Below are positions 1 through 13,689 of a stretch of DNA of 64,000 nt, piece by piece. The notes below the pieces were generated by a model, which saw nothing but the letters and a program-made list of their open reading frames with translations, was not told the origin of the DNA and searched no databases. Source of the stretch: Amphiscolops sp. MND2022. Its lineage: Eukaryota. Within the stretch, counting starts at the first letter, position 1. Each line of letters begins with the position of its first letter. The translations under genes and the position numbers were made by a program. The stretch covers positions 65,970,001 to 66,034,000 of the forward strand of contig OZ076409.1 of NCBI GenBank assembly GCA_964187785.1, read 5' to 3'.

Positions 1-237
1 TGGAAAGGCGAATTATGCGAGCTATTTTCTTCACAAGACATCAACACTCCCTTGAGAATAATTTTATTTGAAAATAAAATCCATTCGGTTTTTGAGTTCT
101 TTCTATTCGAAACCATTCAAGAGTTGTTGCGGCAAAATAGAAAGGAGTCTTTGTTGCTTACTTTCGAAATCGGAAATACATTAAAGGTATTCGACACCCG
201 AAGACGTCAAAAAGGCTTGATTGATGTCAAATAGAGA

Positions 238-510
238 GCAAGACGGGAACGTCTAAAGTCGGCGTTATATCTAAGGCTCAAAAAGCGCAGATTTGAAATA
301 TTCGTAATACGTTTTCATGAAAAACTTCAGTTTTCGAACCTCTGCCTCCTCCTTACAAAAACGCAATACAGTTCTGATGTAACGTCAAAAGTTCGGATAT
401 AGCGCTTCACTTCGAATATTACGAGGGAGAACTTCAATAAAATATAAGGGGGACCCTTTGAAGACGAAAAAATTTTTCGAAAAACGAGTGACTGTAATAG
501 TCGACTAAAA
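238..510 (+). mobile_element. Helentron/DINE-1-like non-autonomous element, family 1 (short copy)
   Basis: Starts CAAGACGGGAACGTCTAAAGTCGGCG and ends GTGACTGTAATAGTCGACTAAAA. The same termini occur in six other copies in the window. Confidence 0.65.
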
Positions 511-2788
511 ACGGCTTCCAAACGTAGGTCTCTATCAGGAGTGGGATCTGATACCCATAAACCTAGAGGAATTTACGGGAAAACAAGTTAAGCAGTATGT
601 TATAAAGGGTTTATCGGTACACATTGTAGATAACAAGGAATTTTTCAGCATTTTTTCAACTAAGGAAATTTGAAAAGGCTGTAAATTCATGTTGAAATTC
701 ATTTGAGCTTTCAGTCACTGCAAAATTTAAAATTTTTGAGCAGCTTGTGCATAGAAGTCAGGTCAAGTCAATTATGTGATGAGTAAGAAGATAAGAGTGA
801 AACATATTCTTCAGAAGTTACACTTGGATGGAAAATTTTGACAAGCAAAGTCTGGTTCCGAATTTCCGAAGATCGATTCGCTTTGAACACGCTTGTTAAA
901 AAATTGTAGATTGTCTTTATAAAAATATCGGTCACTCCATTTATGAGTTGATGTCCAGCCTTTGAACCAACAATGGCCGAGTTTGTGCTAAGTGACAAAC
1001 ACAGAAAACGGAATTGAAAGCAGTTCAACGTCAGTTTGTCACTATTCATATTTTTAGCAGAGAGTTCATTCTTCTTTTAATGAAAAAATTCAAGAACAAG
1101 AATAAGATTTTTTCAAACACGCGACCGTCAACATGGCAGATTTCTCAACTATTCGCAGAATGTACATTTAGGACACTGAACTCTGTAAAAGCGTATATGT
1201 CCCGATAAAAACAACCATTAATGAATGCTTTTTTTCAACGTCGAATTCAAAGGTTCATCAAATTTTTATCATTAATAAGATATCAAGAACGTCGTGTCAA
1301 AACTGTCAGTTCTATGACGAACAAGACTGTGAGAGAACTTGAATGGATGAAAATGCACATAAATTTCATAAATTTATTTCCATCTTTGCGGAATACTGCA
1401 GCTAGCCGTTAAAAAAGCACACAATTGGGCAAAATTAGCTGTATGCTTAGAATCAGTTATCGCGACACACTAACATCGAAGATAAGGTTTTTTTTGAACT
1501 TTGAATATAAGTGAGAATTTTTGAATAGTTTTTCTGTAGAGTGTGAAAAATGCCCTACTTTTATCGAGGCCGGATATTTCAAACTCATCTGCCTTTCACC
1601 GAAAGGATTTAAAACAACAATGTGTACACAATTCAGGTGAAACCGACTAGGTTTTTGTAAAATTCGGTAATTTGGAGACGAACGAATCAAATCTCGATCA
1701 GACATTTCTGCTACCCTAGTTCACTTGAAGACTTCTATGAGATAACTCTTTTGTCTTTTGTTACCGAGGTTATCCGGAATAAGCATTAGTTTTACTTACC
1801 ATTTACGACTTGACAGATGCAAAGTTATCTCTGAAAATGTAGTTTAGTGTCTTTACTAATTAGTTTAGAACAAAGCTATCGTTTTTCTCTGCGAATTTTC
1901 AACAGTATTTAAAATAAACCCTTGTCTCGTCAAACTAAAACGATCGATGAACTCACAGTTCCATGATCCAACTCACAGTTAAACGAGGGCATTGATTAGA
2001 AAGGTTCGAAACAAAATATTTTTCTATAACAAATCTATAAAAACTCTTTTCAATCAATCATTCTGGTTTGACGAGACAAGAGTATATTTTCAAAACTATT
2101 AACAACGCGCAAAGAAAAAAACGATCGCTTCGTTCAAAACGAGTGAAAATACTAAACTACATTTGCAGCGATCCTTTTTCCGCGGACGAAAGAAAAATCA
2201 GGAAATATCAACGTCGAGATTTTTATCGATCGTTTATCATAACATCACCTTATTAGTTTGCATTTGCACCTTATTGAGTTTTCTTCAATTCGCCATTTGT
2301 TTCAAAGCTGTACAAGCCTATAAAGCTTTTCTTGCTTATAAAGCTGTACAAGAAGGAAGCGCCCACCGTTTGGGCACTTTTTTGGCACGATGTGACTTTT
2401 TTCTATTTGTTCTCCGGCCAAAGGGTCTCTTTTTGATTTTGATTTTTTTTCAAGTTAAATGAAAATTTTTGTTCCTTTTTAAAAAATTTTTTCGACAAAT
2501 TGATATGTCTTGAATTTTATAAAAGACCGCATCGGGCATATTTAAGCGACTCTATTTTTGTTTAGCCTCAAACGGGGCAACAAATTAGCCGTTTTCGGAT
2601 TGCGGTCTAGTTCTTCACATTTCTTTTTTTTCTACTTGATGTCGCGAAGAGCTCTCCTAATTTTCAGTTTCTGGCGTTTTTTGTCCGAATTAGAGCAGTT
2701 CGTACACATTTCAGGAGCCATTCAATTTCAATGAGAAATACAATTACTTATGAGAACAATATGCATTTTGAAAACATTTTGGTTGCAT

Positions 2789-4863
2789 GGTATCAGGTCA
2801 AAATCTCCTAAGTTAAAATCTCCTAAGTTAAAATCTCCTAGACCTAAATCTCCTAAGCTAAAATCTCCTAGACCTAAATCTCCTACGTCATAATCTCCTA
2901 AATTGAATTTCATAGTGTGAAAGTAACTTTGATTAAGCATTAATAGCTGAGACAGTCATTGAAAGACTATTACATAATTGACAAATGACTGAAGGTAATT
3001 AAAACGACCACCACACCGTTTTCATTTACGCGATTAAAGTAACGTGACGAAAACGTAATTGACAATCAAAGATGGTCGACTGGATTCACCAAAAGGTGTG
3101 AAAATACCGAAATTACCAGCAATCTTGCTATTTCCATAAACATTTGTGTGCAAAATGAGTTTTGAAATCGGTCGCTCCAACAAAAGTAAAGATACCCTGA
3201 TCTACAATGGGTACGAATTTACTAAGAAGCAACAAACAGAAACAACCATCCATTGGATTTGCCGCTACAACAGGCAGTTCAAATGCCGATCGACAGTCAT
3301 CACTTGCTGTGATATAATCTCCAAATACCCACAAAAACACTGTTGCCGTTTCCTGCCTGGGGAAACCGAAGCAAGAAAACTTGTCAATGCCATGAAAGAA
3401 ACTGCCTTATATGCAGGAAATGTAGATGCAATTGCGACGAGCTGATAATATTCCAGTATAGCTTTCCATCCCACAAAAAGATCTCACTACAAGAACGCTC
3501 AACAGACATCGCCGCAAAAATCTTGAGACGCAAGGTTCAGTGCCCAATACAAGACATTTTGACGTGCCCTCGGAATTCGCAGACTTCCTTCTTCACGACA
3601 CTGGCTAAGATGATAAAGAGCGGATTCTTATTTTTGGGCAGTGTTCTTCACTAAAGTTGATGGAATCATTAGACACATTGTGGTTAGCAGATGGTACTTT
3701 CAATATTTGCCCTGAGATTTTTTTCCAACTTTTTACTATCCATATTACAATCAATGGATACTAACAAAGTAGAGGAAGGTTTTGACCTTGCAGTGGAAGA
3801 AGTCAAAGCTGAAGTGGAAAAATTATCTCTCAGCGATGACTTGAGAGAAAAAATTGATGCTGTTGCCAGCTACTTCCAAAAAACGTACATCGGCCATAAA
3901 ATTGGAAATGTTTATCGCCCTCCAAGTTTCCCCCTTCAATATGGAATCAATCGACGTCAGCCCTAGAAGTTTTGGCACGAACAAACAATGCTACTGAAGG
4001 CTGGCATTTTGGCTTGCAATCGCTGTTTCAAGGAACTCATCCCAATTTGTGGACCTTTCTGCGCTAGATTAAAAAAGACTCCTTAGTACACAAGTTCAAC
4101 ACCCTACAAGGACTGGCTGGAGCAGAAAATCCAACAAGAAAAATATACCGACTTTTGAATGAACGCGTTCAGAAAATTTGCTCAAACTGCAACTCCGACG
4201 ATAAAGTGATTTTTCTGAGGGCAATGTCGCATTCACAATAAAATTTTTTGTGCATTTATTTTTATGCAAAAATTCGCAATTCAACTTTTAATGTCTTTTG
4301 GCTTTGATATTTGAGAAACGAAGCACGTCAAGCAGTTCTCCTTGAACTGACGAAGAGGATGCCGTGACATCAGAACGTGTACTGGTTGTTGTAAACAGGG
4401 TCGGTGGTAAAAACAGAGGGGGTATCTAGTCAGTGATATGTGGGTTACGTAATATATATATGTATGCATGTACATATATTGTATGTAGAATACATAATTT
4501 ACCAACCCTGTTGACAGTTCGGCAATGCAAAATATTGGAATTGATCAAGTTCGATATAATATTGTTTTGATGATTGACAGTGTGACCTTTTAAATTTGAA
4601 AGTGAATCTCAGACATGTTGACAAATATTATTGCTAACGCTAAATTATTGTTTCAATACGCGTTCAGTTTTTTTGGGACGCCTATTATTCTCACGTTCCA
4701 CATATAACGAGGTTAGCCTTTGTTCTTAATCGAACAGCTTTCCGCTTCAATTAAGTTGGCGAGTTGTCTTTCGATGAGTTTCTTTTATTTTAATTTTAGG
4801 AGATTTTGACCTAGGAGATTTATGTCTAGGAGATTTTAATTTAGGAGATTTTGACATGTAACC
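2789..4863 (+). mobile_element. Mutator-like (MULE) DNA transposon, decayed
   Basis: Exact 9-bp TSD TGGTTGCAT at 2780-2788 and 4864-4872. TIRs GGTATCAGGTCAAAATCTCCT / revcomp GGTTACATGTCAAAATCTCCT, built of ~15-bp tandem units. Confidence 0.93.
3146..4240 (+). pseudogene. FLYWCH zinc finger + MULE transposase, frameshifted and internally deleted
   Basis: LIYNGYEFTK...IHWIC...KC (FLYWCH-like), WLADGTFNICP..F.QL, YFQKTYIG, RTNNATEGWH and HPNLWTFL motifs across frames, with stops. Confidence 0.88.
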
Positions 4864-5834
4864 TGGTTGCATATTTCAAACCTTCATTCAACCTACTTCC
4901 GAATTTTCAATGTAACCCCATTCTACGATTATATGCATTCTGTTTCCCATTCTACGATTATATGCATTCTGTGCCTTCATTAAAATCATTCGAGAATTTA
5001 TCAATTTTAAATACAAGTCCAGAAAAATCGACAATTGCAAAATAGTGATTGAAGCTGTTTAGGCTGATTGACCATTCTTTGCCGCAAATATCTTCATACA
5101 CGAACAAAACATTACTAACGGAGTTACGTTTGTTCATCCAATTTCCCATGTTCAAATTTTATACCCAGAAGATAAAGGTTGTTCCGCAGAATTGAATTAC
5201 CATCAAACTACACTAGGGTATCAAAAAGCTAGAGACATTCCATTTTGCTGACAAAAATTTCAAATGGCAATAAATTTTTAGATATACAATAGGAGCAAAA
5301 GTCCCATGGCGAATTTTTTTGTGAATTTCGATCAGAAGTACTACAGAGGTATTTTTTGTTTTGAAATCAAACAAATATTACAAAAGGGATTAAATTTAGA
5401 AAGTTTTCGACATGTGGCATTTTTTGGAAATGATTATGGAAAATATCGAAAACTGCCGTTCGTCACAAAAATGCCCGCAACAAACTTCGTTTATTTTTTT
5501 TTCATTCAGATCTCTAACATTTGAGTTTAACTCTTCCTGAAAACGCCGAAGTGAGTTTACACCGCCAAATGATCACAGATTGCAAATTTTTCACGTTTTG
5601 CCCCGTAAACACTTTGCTTTGAAGGAATTACAACTGTTTTGGCCGCTCAATTTTTAAGAGAACACTTTCATAAATATCTTTTCACGACAACTTAAACTCA
5701 GATTCACTTTCACACATCACATTTTGTGACGTTACATGGTCTTTTAGTAATCACATCAATTGTTAAGTATTAGCAATAGTTGAGAAATCTACAACACCGT
5801 CTCTCTTGATTCCTAGTAAAAAAAGCGATAACAT

Positions 5835-6263
5835 CGCTTTAAACGATTGGAATTACTAATCTAATTTGCAGCAATAACATTTTTTGCAAAAAAGATATGT
5901 TTGTCATCCCCTTAATCAGTCGGCACTATTTGAACATTTGATTCAAATACATACACTTTTTGATTAGAAGAATTTTATGACAATTAGTGCTTGTATTAAT
6001 TAAAAGATTTGGCTCTCGATTTATTTCAACTTCTAACTGTGGATGATTGGAAAGTTCATTTAGAATACAAATGTGGCTGTTTAGTTCCAATACGGTAACG
6101 CTTAAAACGGAATAGCCCAATGCTTTCAAGCGAATGACACGCAGGGAAAAACTGAATACTTCGTTTTAAACGATTGGAAATACTAAACTAATTTACAGTA
6201 ATAATAACATTTTTTTCCAAAAGCTAAGTTAGTCATCACCTTAATGAGTCAGCACTATTTGAA
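5835..6263. repeat. Diverged ~100-bp direct repeat pair (5835-5934 and 6161-6263)
   Basis: Both copies read TTTAAACGATTGGAA...GTCATC.CCTTAAT.AGTC.GCACTATTTGAA. Confidence 0.8.
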
Positions 6264-7460
6264 AGGCAAATCAGGTAAAATTATGCTTTTTTGTGGGAGT
6301 TCTCTTCCATCAACTGAAACTGACGGAAGACAGCTGTAGAAAGCTCTACGCGTTCCACCGACAAGAGGTTTTGTAACGATCACCATGCATCGACAATGTC
6401 GACATCCAAATTTTGAAAAATTCGTTCAAGGACCAGCTGGGAACTAGATTTTGGCAATTTCGATCATATTCCCATGTCCTGCAAATACCCATGTCGTAGG
6501 TTCCTCCATCTCTATGATGAAGCAGCGACAATGGTGAGAGCTTGTCGTTACATTTACGTTGCAAGATTTTCTGTTGCAAAGGTTTACACCTACAAAGCTG
6601 TATGGAAGGAAAGCGTTCACAGTTAGGGAAATTTTTTGGCACCAAGCGCTTTTTTGTTCTATTTGCTTCCTTGCCAAAGGATTCCACTTTAATTTTTTCA
6701 AGTCAAATGGGTTCCTTTCTGGATTTTTCGACCATGTACAAATGTTCTGAAATTTATCAAACAACCCATCGGATTATTCTCAACCGACTCCAACTTTTCA
6801 GCCTCAACCAGTGCAATGACTCAGCACTTTTCGACTTGGGGTTCCCATTTTTTCACTTGATGTTTGACACGAACATTTCTCATAATTTTTTTGGAGTTTT
6901 TTTCCGAATCTGTTTCATTGGTAATCACTTTTGGAACTAATCAAATTTAATGACAATGCAAATACTTGTCAGAAAAATTTGTATGATTTTTGAAAACTGC
7001 ATTCAATCTCAATTTCGAGCTATCAATCTAACCTACAATTTGCCATACTACAACTATATGCATTCTGTGCCTTCATTAAACTTGCTTAAATTCAACACTT
7101 TATCAAATTTATTAAAATTTGAATTTCCAGAAAATTCATATTTCCGTTTACTCTTGAAAACTTTAAAAAGATCATGGTTTTTCTTTTCACACAAACCGCT
7201 TGAAACAATTATATGTGTCTGGTAAGACTCTTATCAAGAGAGTGAAGATTATAAATAACTTGCGAAACAAACAGAAACTTGGTGTGAATTTTTTTCTACT
7301 GCTCGCTTTACAAGCTACACTATTATTCTTTGAAGTGTTGATTATATGACAACAAAAAGTATTGAACTTCAGGATGTGATACTTCTGTAGGTAGTTTGAA
7401 CAGCTATCGCTCAATAGATACGCTGATCACGTCGCCGTTGGCGTCGATTGTTGCTTATTT

Positions 7461-7862
7461 TTTTTACTCGGCGCTTTTGAAGAAAAGTGCCCGACTCTTA
7501 CAGTGGGTAGGTTTTTAGACGCGTAAGGTCCACGTTTTTGTTCATTTGTTCAACAACTTGAACTACGGAAATTCAAAACACTCGAAACCTCAGAACCTGG
7601 CTAAAGCAAAAAGAAACAAAACCGACGTCCAGAAACTTAAAAACATACTAAGGATAACCCTCAGTTCTGCCGCCACACATTTTTTCGGAACTATGCGACT
7701 TTTTTGGATTGCACCAAAGGGTCCATCTTCATTGGTTTCAATATTTTGCAAAAGAATGGATGTAAAAAAATCCAAAGGGTCCCGCTTTTCACATTTTTTG
7801 GCACTGTGACACTGTTCAAAAATCTCATTTTTCATTTTTTCCCGAAAGTTTTTCAAAGTCTC

Positions 7863-7904
<42 letters not shown>

Positions 7905-8416
7905 GAAGTTAATTTCCCCATTACCGCGGGGTGGACGCCGAATAAGCAGTTCTGCTTTTCTAAGTCGGCGCCCTTTCGGATACTATCTCCCCATAGCAAG
8001 CTATGGTACCATATTTGCAGCCAAGTGGTCAAGTAATGGTAGACTTGAAGCTGTGGTTTCAAAGTGACTTGCTCAAGGGCACAAAGGCCTGACTGCTCAC
8101 CGTTGCTGTTTTGTATTGCTTTTCTCCGCCAAATGCGTTATTTTTTGTCATTGACAAAACCACTAAGCTAGGGATGAAGGACTTGCTTAAGGACCAACAA
8201 TGGTGAGTTGAGAGAGATTCGAACCTGATACCGCCCCAGTACAGGCCGAATGCTCTAACCACTGCGCCATGCTCCCGCCATGCTCAAAGTCTCCAAAGGG
8301 TCCACTTTCAATTTTTTTTGTGCAACCAACTGGAGTTTCAAAAAGCCCAAAGGGTCCCCCCTTTTACAATTTTGAGCTTTAGATATAGCGCCGACGTTGC
8401 TTGTTCCCGGCTTGTT
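7461..8416 (-). mobile_element. Helentron/DINE-1-like element family 1, interrupted by a SINE
   Basis: Left end TCGGCGC...TGCCCGACTCTTACAGTG, right end AGATATAGCGCCGACGTTGCTTGTTCCCGGCTTGTT, and AAGGGTCCC-rich body. Confidence 0.75.
7868..8283 (-). mobile_element. tRNA-derived SINE with (TC)n tail
   Basis: Minus-strand head with A box TGGCGCAGTGG and B box GGTTCGAATC. 15-bp TSD TCAAAGTCTCCAAAG at 7853-7867 and 8284-8298. Second copy near 36.5 kb. Confidence 0.9.
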
Positions 8417-11400
8417 TTTACTTTTGTTAGTTAATCTCGAAAATTTTGGCAAGAACTTGCAAGATCGTACACACTTCTGTCCTTCTTGATAAGAATCTTC
8501 CAATAACTTTACTACGGGTTTCACGAATTTTCACACAGAGAAAAATTATTGAAGCTGTTTGGTCTGATCGATCTTTCTAATCCAAAATGTTCCCATTTTG
8601 CTTTAAAAAAACTACCGGAACTGCATTTGTCACCAATTTTCATACCCAAGATATTGAAGTTGTTCCACATAAATCAACTACCATCAAACTAGGTCCGTTG
8701 AAACATTGAACGTTCTGTTCTGAACAAATATTTTCCAAATGTGCACTGAAATGAGTTTGGCAGTTTCAGGGAATTTTAAAGCCGTGTTGTAGAGTTTTTG
8801 AAAGTTTTAAAGAATAAAAAATTTTCGATTGCAAAAGGCTCTGAAAGGTTTGAAACAGTTTGGATTGCGTTTTCTTAACTGTAACCAAGGTACATTATAA
8901 GTATTTTACCAAAGAAACTTGAATTTATTTCTTTAAAAAATCCCTAAATTATCGGAAGTGAAAAAATGTGTGTCGATAGCACAGTTTTATTCAAAATTGA
9001 TACTGTTTTTGAAAGTTGTTGGTTATGAAAATCCACGCAATGTAAAAACAAACTGAGAACTAACTAGTTATTTGGCATGCTTTTGTATTTCGAAAAAGTC
9101 CCAATTGACACAAAAAGTTAACTTCGACACGCTTTAAGCAACTTTAAACAATATCTAAAAATAGGTTGGTATAAAGTCTACTTAATTCAATGACAAATCC
9201 ATAAGCTATTTAACACGCAATTTCAGTGGATTGAGTGTTTTCTTTAATCCCCCAATAGCACTGAAAACATGTCATTTTTCAACTGTGAACCGTTTTTCGC
9301 AGTTTCTGTATCATACATGATGTTTACGTGATCATACATGATCATCCACAGGATTTGCCAATCAATCAATAAGCTACCCAGCTTTTTTGTGTACAGAGTA
9401 ACAACTTTCAAAAAAAGGAACTAAATGAACCAAGAAGAGTCGAAGCTTTGAATGTCAAAATTTCTCGGCAAGTTCGTAGTTTCTTGACTACGTTTGAATC
9501 TCAAGAATATGTCGTTTTCAAAAAAGTTCGGGGCCGAAAATATACCGGTGCTCTGCGGGCGTCTTGTTGCAGATCAACTTCATAGCCGTATCAAAACAGT
9601 CTTTTTTGTTTTGAGAAAAATCACACAAAATCGATTCCTCGCCACTTTCCCAGCTGTTTTTTTAAAAATCAGAATGAAGCACAATTCGATACTTCGTTCA
9701 TTTGATTTTTTCATTGTCTTGTTTTATTTAAATAAAACAATTGTTGAAAATGCGTTTTTGTTGAAATACCAAAAAGTTTAAGGAAATTGTTACTCTAACT
9801 CAAAGTTTGATATAAATGTTCGAGACAAACTCTATTTTTGAATTTGAGCTTTTCAATTAGCTGCTAATATTGTTAATTATAAACAACAATCACTACCTGC
9901 TGGTGATTGTAAAATACTTGAGAAATGAATTTCAATCGAATAGGAGTGGAATTACAACAAAAACTTCACACAGATTCGGTGTAAAATACGCTCCATCAAT
10001 GGAATACGAATTAAGAATTAGGGGCATTTCAAAAAATGATAACTCAATATGAACTGGAAAATTGAAGTCGAAAGAAGCAATCTCGCTAAGCTGCAAAAAT
10101 GTCGAAACGCAATTTGAGTTCTATAAATGTTAGAGGTTCCTGACGTTTATATTCATTGGGAAAAATCTGAATCGTTTTAATCTTGGTGGAATGCTGAATT
10201 AAACTTCGATATATTTTGTTTTGCTTTGGGTCAGAAAAGTCACAAAGGAATTCGATTTTTGAGGATGTTGATCTGGAAAAAGTTAATTCTTTGGACGCAA
10301 CCTGAGACTCCAATAAGATTTATGGCTCCTTAACCGTGGACTAGACCGAAGTACCCAATTAGCATATATTTTCTAAAAGGAAGGAAATAATACCTTCGAG
10401 TCTTCGCACTAACGTAACCAATTTAACTTACACCATCGTAAAAATAAAAATTATTAGGTTATGAAAATAGCTCCTTTGAGAAATGCCTGAGATTTTTTGA
10501 AAATGTATAATAGTTGAATTTTTATGAGCTTGCGAATTTCCAAAAGGGTAATAATATTGAAAATTGTGATCTTGGATTTTAAAAAAATGTGACATATTTT
10601 TGTGAATTCCATGCGAAACATGGAATTTCATGCGATTCCCATGCTTTTCTGGAATTCCATGCCCAAAAGCCATAGGGTTCTAAACGATTATTTCATACCA
10701 TTTCCATAGATTCATTCATTTTGATATAGCTATAAATATTTTGAAAATACCGTCATATTGAAGGTTTTATCCCAGTAAGTGAAACTGTCCCTAAAATTAT
10801 ACATTCAGGTAAATTTCCTAACCTTTTTTGTAGCATAAGTTGGAGCTGAAGTTCTGCAGAGTTGGAGTTACTGGGAGCTCTTTATAATCTCCAGATTGCT
10901 TATGCTACTCCAAAACCCTAAACAAGTAACTTTTGAAGAAAACTTGCGACAAACCATAAGCTTTTCTATAAGTTTCAAGGTCATTGGACCGGCATATTCA
11001 TAACAGCTTCACAAATTGAACCTATTAAACTTTATGGCCGAATATTTCTTCCCAGAGTCTAAATCACTCAGCTGAACAATATATTCCAATATGCACAGAA
11101 CACACATTATAAATTTGTTGTTTTTATATTTGTTTCAGTGAATAAACTATACAATCAACGGGAAGCTACATTAAACTGTGTTTCGTCCACAAAGGCATCT
11201 ATGTGAACAAAGTATTTCCAGAAGTTCCACTTTGCTAAGTTGGCCAAATAACTGCTGAGATTCTTTTAAGTTGGATTCAATTGGAGGATTCATGGCGAGA
11301 AATCAAAGCCACTGCCTTCAGCAAAAAGTTCAAGATCTGAAGTTTCCAATTTTGGTCAACTTTTAAAATTCTTCAAGAATGCATATTAATTGAACATGAA

Positions 11401-13370
11401 CACAATTTGCTCACAAGCTCAGTTGTTTTGAAAGTGAATGCAATAAAAATACAGCAAGGAAACCAAGACTTTATTCATAGTTTAATTCAATTGATGGTAT
11501 AATAAATCAAGAGTTGATTCAAAACAGTTTGTAATAACCAGCCAATGGTACTATCTTGGATTAACATCTCTATTCTCGTGACCTCTTTACGCTAAATTTT
11601 TAATGAGTCAATCAATGTATTAATACATTGTTCAATTGAACAAAAATTCACACTCCTTCAAACACCAAAAAATTCAATGTCAAGAAATATCAAACCCAAA
11701 CTTTATGAGTTAGCTCCACATTTCCTTAATTCAGAAGATACTCTTTTATGGAAAAGTTTTTTCCATGGAATGTTCTCATACAGGAAAAAAAGTTACGACA
11801 AGAGGAAGGCTCGAACTCTCGATATAGAGAGTGGAACAGTGAAACTGACAAGTGGTGTATGTAACTGCCTGGGTCACCAAAGCCCTAAAGCGGACAAAGA
11901 TATAGTTGTATTTTCTTTGATACTCGACGTAAAAAACAAGCTCGGTTCAATTCACTGTTATGTTTTCCGTTTTTCAATTTTTCAATTTTTCTTATTTTAC
12001 ACTGAAAGCAAATGATAAATGAGAACACGAAAGCAATGTTCTCAACAAGCAGGAACTTTAATTGATTAGGTGTCAATAAAGAGTTGATTGGCAGTTGATT
12101 CTAATTTTCTTCAAACATTGCAAGATGAGTTTGCAAGATTCGAAATCAACGCGCGACTAAAACAACGAGAACTTGACCACAAGTCTAATTGTTTGACTAG
12201 ATCCTGTTGAAACCAAGAACAGTTAGCATTCTTTAGTTGATATAATTTCCAAAACCTCAATTAAAAGAAGTGGCAGCTACTAGTATAGCGAATTATCTGA
12301 GAATATATTCGATGTAGAATGTGCAGAAAATTTCTCATTTTGTTCCTTCGTAAACTGTGATGACGTCTTGTCATTTATTATTTTTGGTTAATGAACACAA
12401 CTCGCAACTGGTAATGTTAGTGGTGTTGCCTTTGAAGACGGAAACTAAGAGAAGCAAAAAAACTGGAAGGGAAAAGATTTTGAGCTCGATGCAGAAGACA
12501 ATTGTTTTGTATGTTATTGATGTCAAGCTTCAACCCTCAGGTACTACTTGGTGAAAAATAATTTCAAATAAATAAACATTCGTGCAAAAAACTACTAAGA
12601 TGCAAAAACTACAAATTACATCTTGTAATACGTTCATTCCGTCTCGTGGCTCTATCGAGATTCGGTCTAGCGTCTAGAATACCTTCTAATTGTTTACAAA
12701 CAAACTCTAGAGGACTCTTTAGCAAAACGTTTATTTATATATTCATTTTGGATACAGTTTAGTCGCAAGAAAATACAGTGATGCTAAAAACTTTTGCTCC
12801 TTTTTAACCTAGCCTGAAAATACTACCGAGGGGAAATTCCAGGCCTAATTATAGCTTTTCAACAGCAAAATTCAAATTTGTCAAACAAAATTTTTTGCAT
12901 AGTGCCAAAAAAATTAAAGGAGTGACCCCTCTGGCTCAAAAAACGCATTGAATTTTTGAAATAAAAACCGAAGAGGCGACTTCTAGTGAAACAAACATTT
13001 TTTCCAAAAAGCCGCATATATACGTATACGAGAATACGAGAATGAGCCTTAGAATGTTCTATTCTAGTAAACTAACAACTAAGGGAAAAGAGTGTTATTA
13101 AAATGATATCTCTAGTTTGTACGACTGTACTATAGATACTGTAATGTCTATAATGTAGTATCTTATAAATTTTTAAATTGAGTTTGTTTGTCAACAACAT
13201 CAGGTTCGTAGACATCTAGACAGTTTGTGAACTGAAACTCGGTAGAGGTCAGGAACCGGAATAAACCGAATATGACATTTCCCTTTTTTTCTTTTCTCCT
13301 CGTCAGTTTCGGTTTGACGGTCCTAAGGGAGTTCGGGTCCACAGATTACCAGTAATATATACGATATCTC

Positions 13371-13689
13371 TTAACCATTTTATTTTTAGCCCCAAAAGTT
13401 TTCAGTGTAGGGTAGGCTACCGCACCTAATCGGTTTTTTACTATTTCGGTTTGATCGCTTTATATTGTTTCTACATTCTCAATCGATATATCACCGACGT
13501 TATGAATCTGCAGTGTGTCGTCTATTATATAAACGACATCTATTGACCACTTTATTTTTACCCCCAGAAGTTTCCAGTGTAGGGTATGTCACCGTACCTA
13601 CTCGGTGTTTTACTATTTCGGTTTCATCGCGTAAATTTGTTTTTAAATTCTCACCCGATATCTCACCGTCGGTATGAGTCGGCAGTGCG
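13371..13689. repeat. Two diverged ~150-bp repeats in the 3' region of element A
   Basis: 13371-13517 vs 13543-13689 share CAGTGTAGGGTA...TACTATTTCGGTTT...TCACCG. Confidence 0.8.

Noticed and set aside
2728..2940. ORF with LGDFN pentapeptide repeats
   Set aside because: It is only the translation of the 15-bp tandem units in the MULE TIR.
5209..5230. TACACTAGGGTATC end, with a reverse complement at ~33470-33483
   Set aside because: Probably ends of separate copies of a TA-targeting element. I could not pair the ends, and a single 28-kb element is unsupported.
6444..6560. CF..EMEEPTTWVFAGHGN faintly recalls a sacsin-like motif
   Set aside because: Not reproduced in the paralogous copy; too weak to name.
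7962..7972. AAGTCGGCGCC in the SINE matches the family-1 subterminal repeat
   Set aside because: Short, and altered in the second SINE copy; likely chance.
8205..8280. tRNA gene
   Set aside because: A and B boxes are present but there is no good cloverleaf. It is the head of a SINE with a tail, a TSD and a second copy.
9870..10380. Protein-like plus-strand frame (HKGIRFLRMLIWKKLILWTQPETP)
   Set aside because: Several stops and no recognisable family or second copy.
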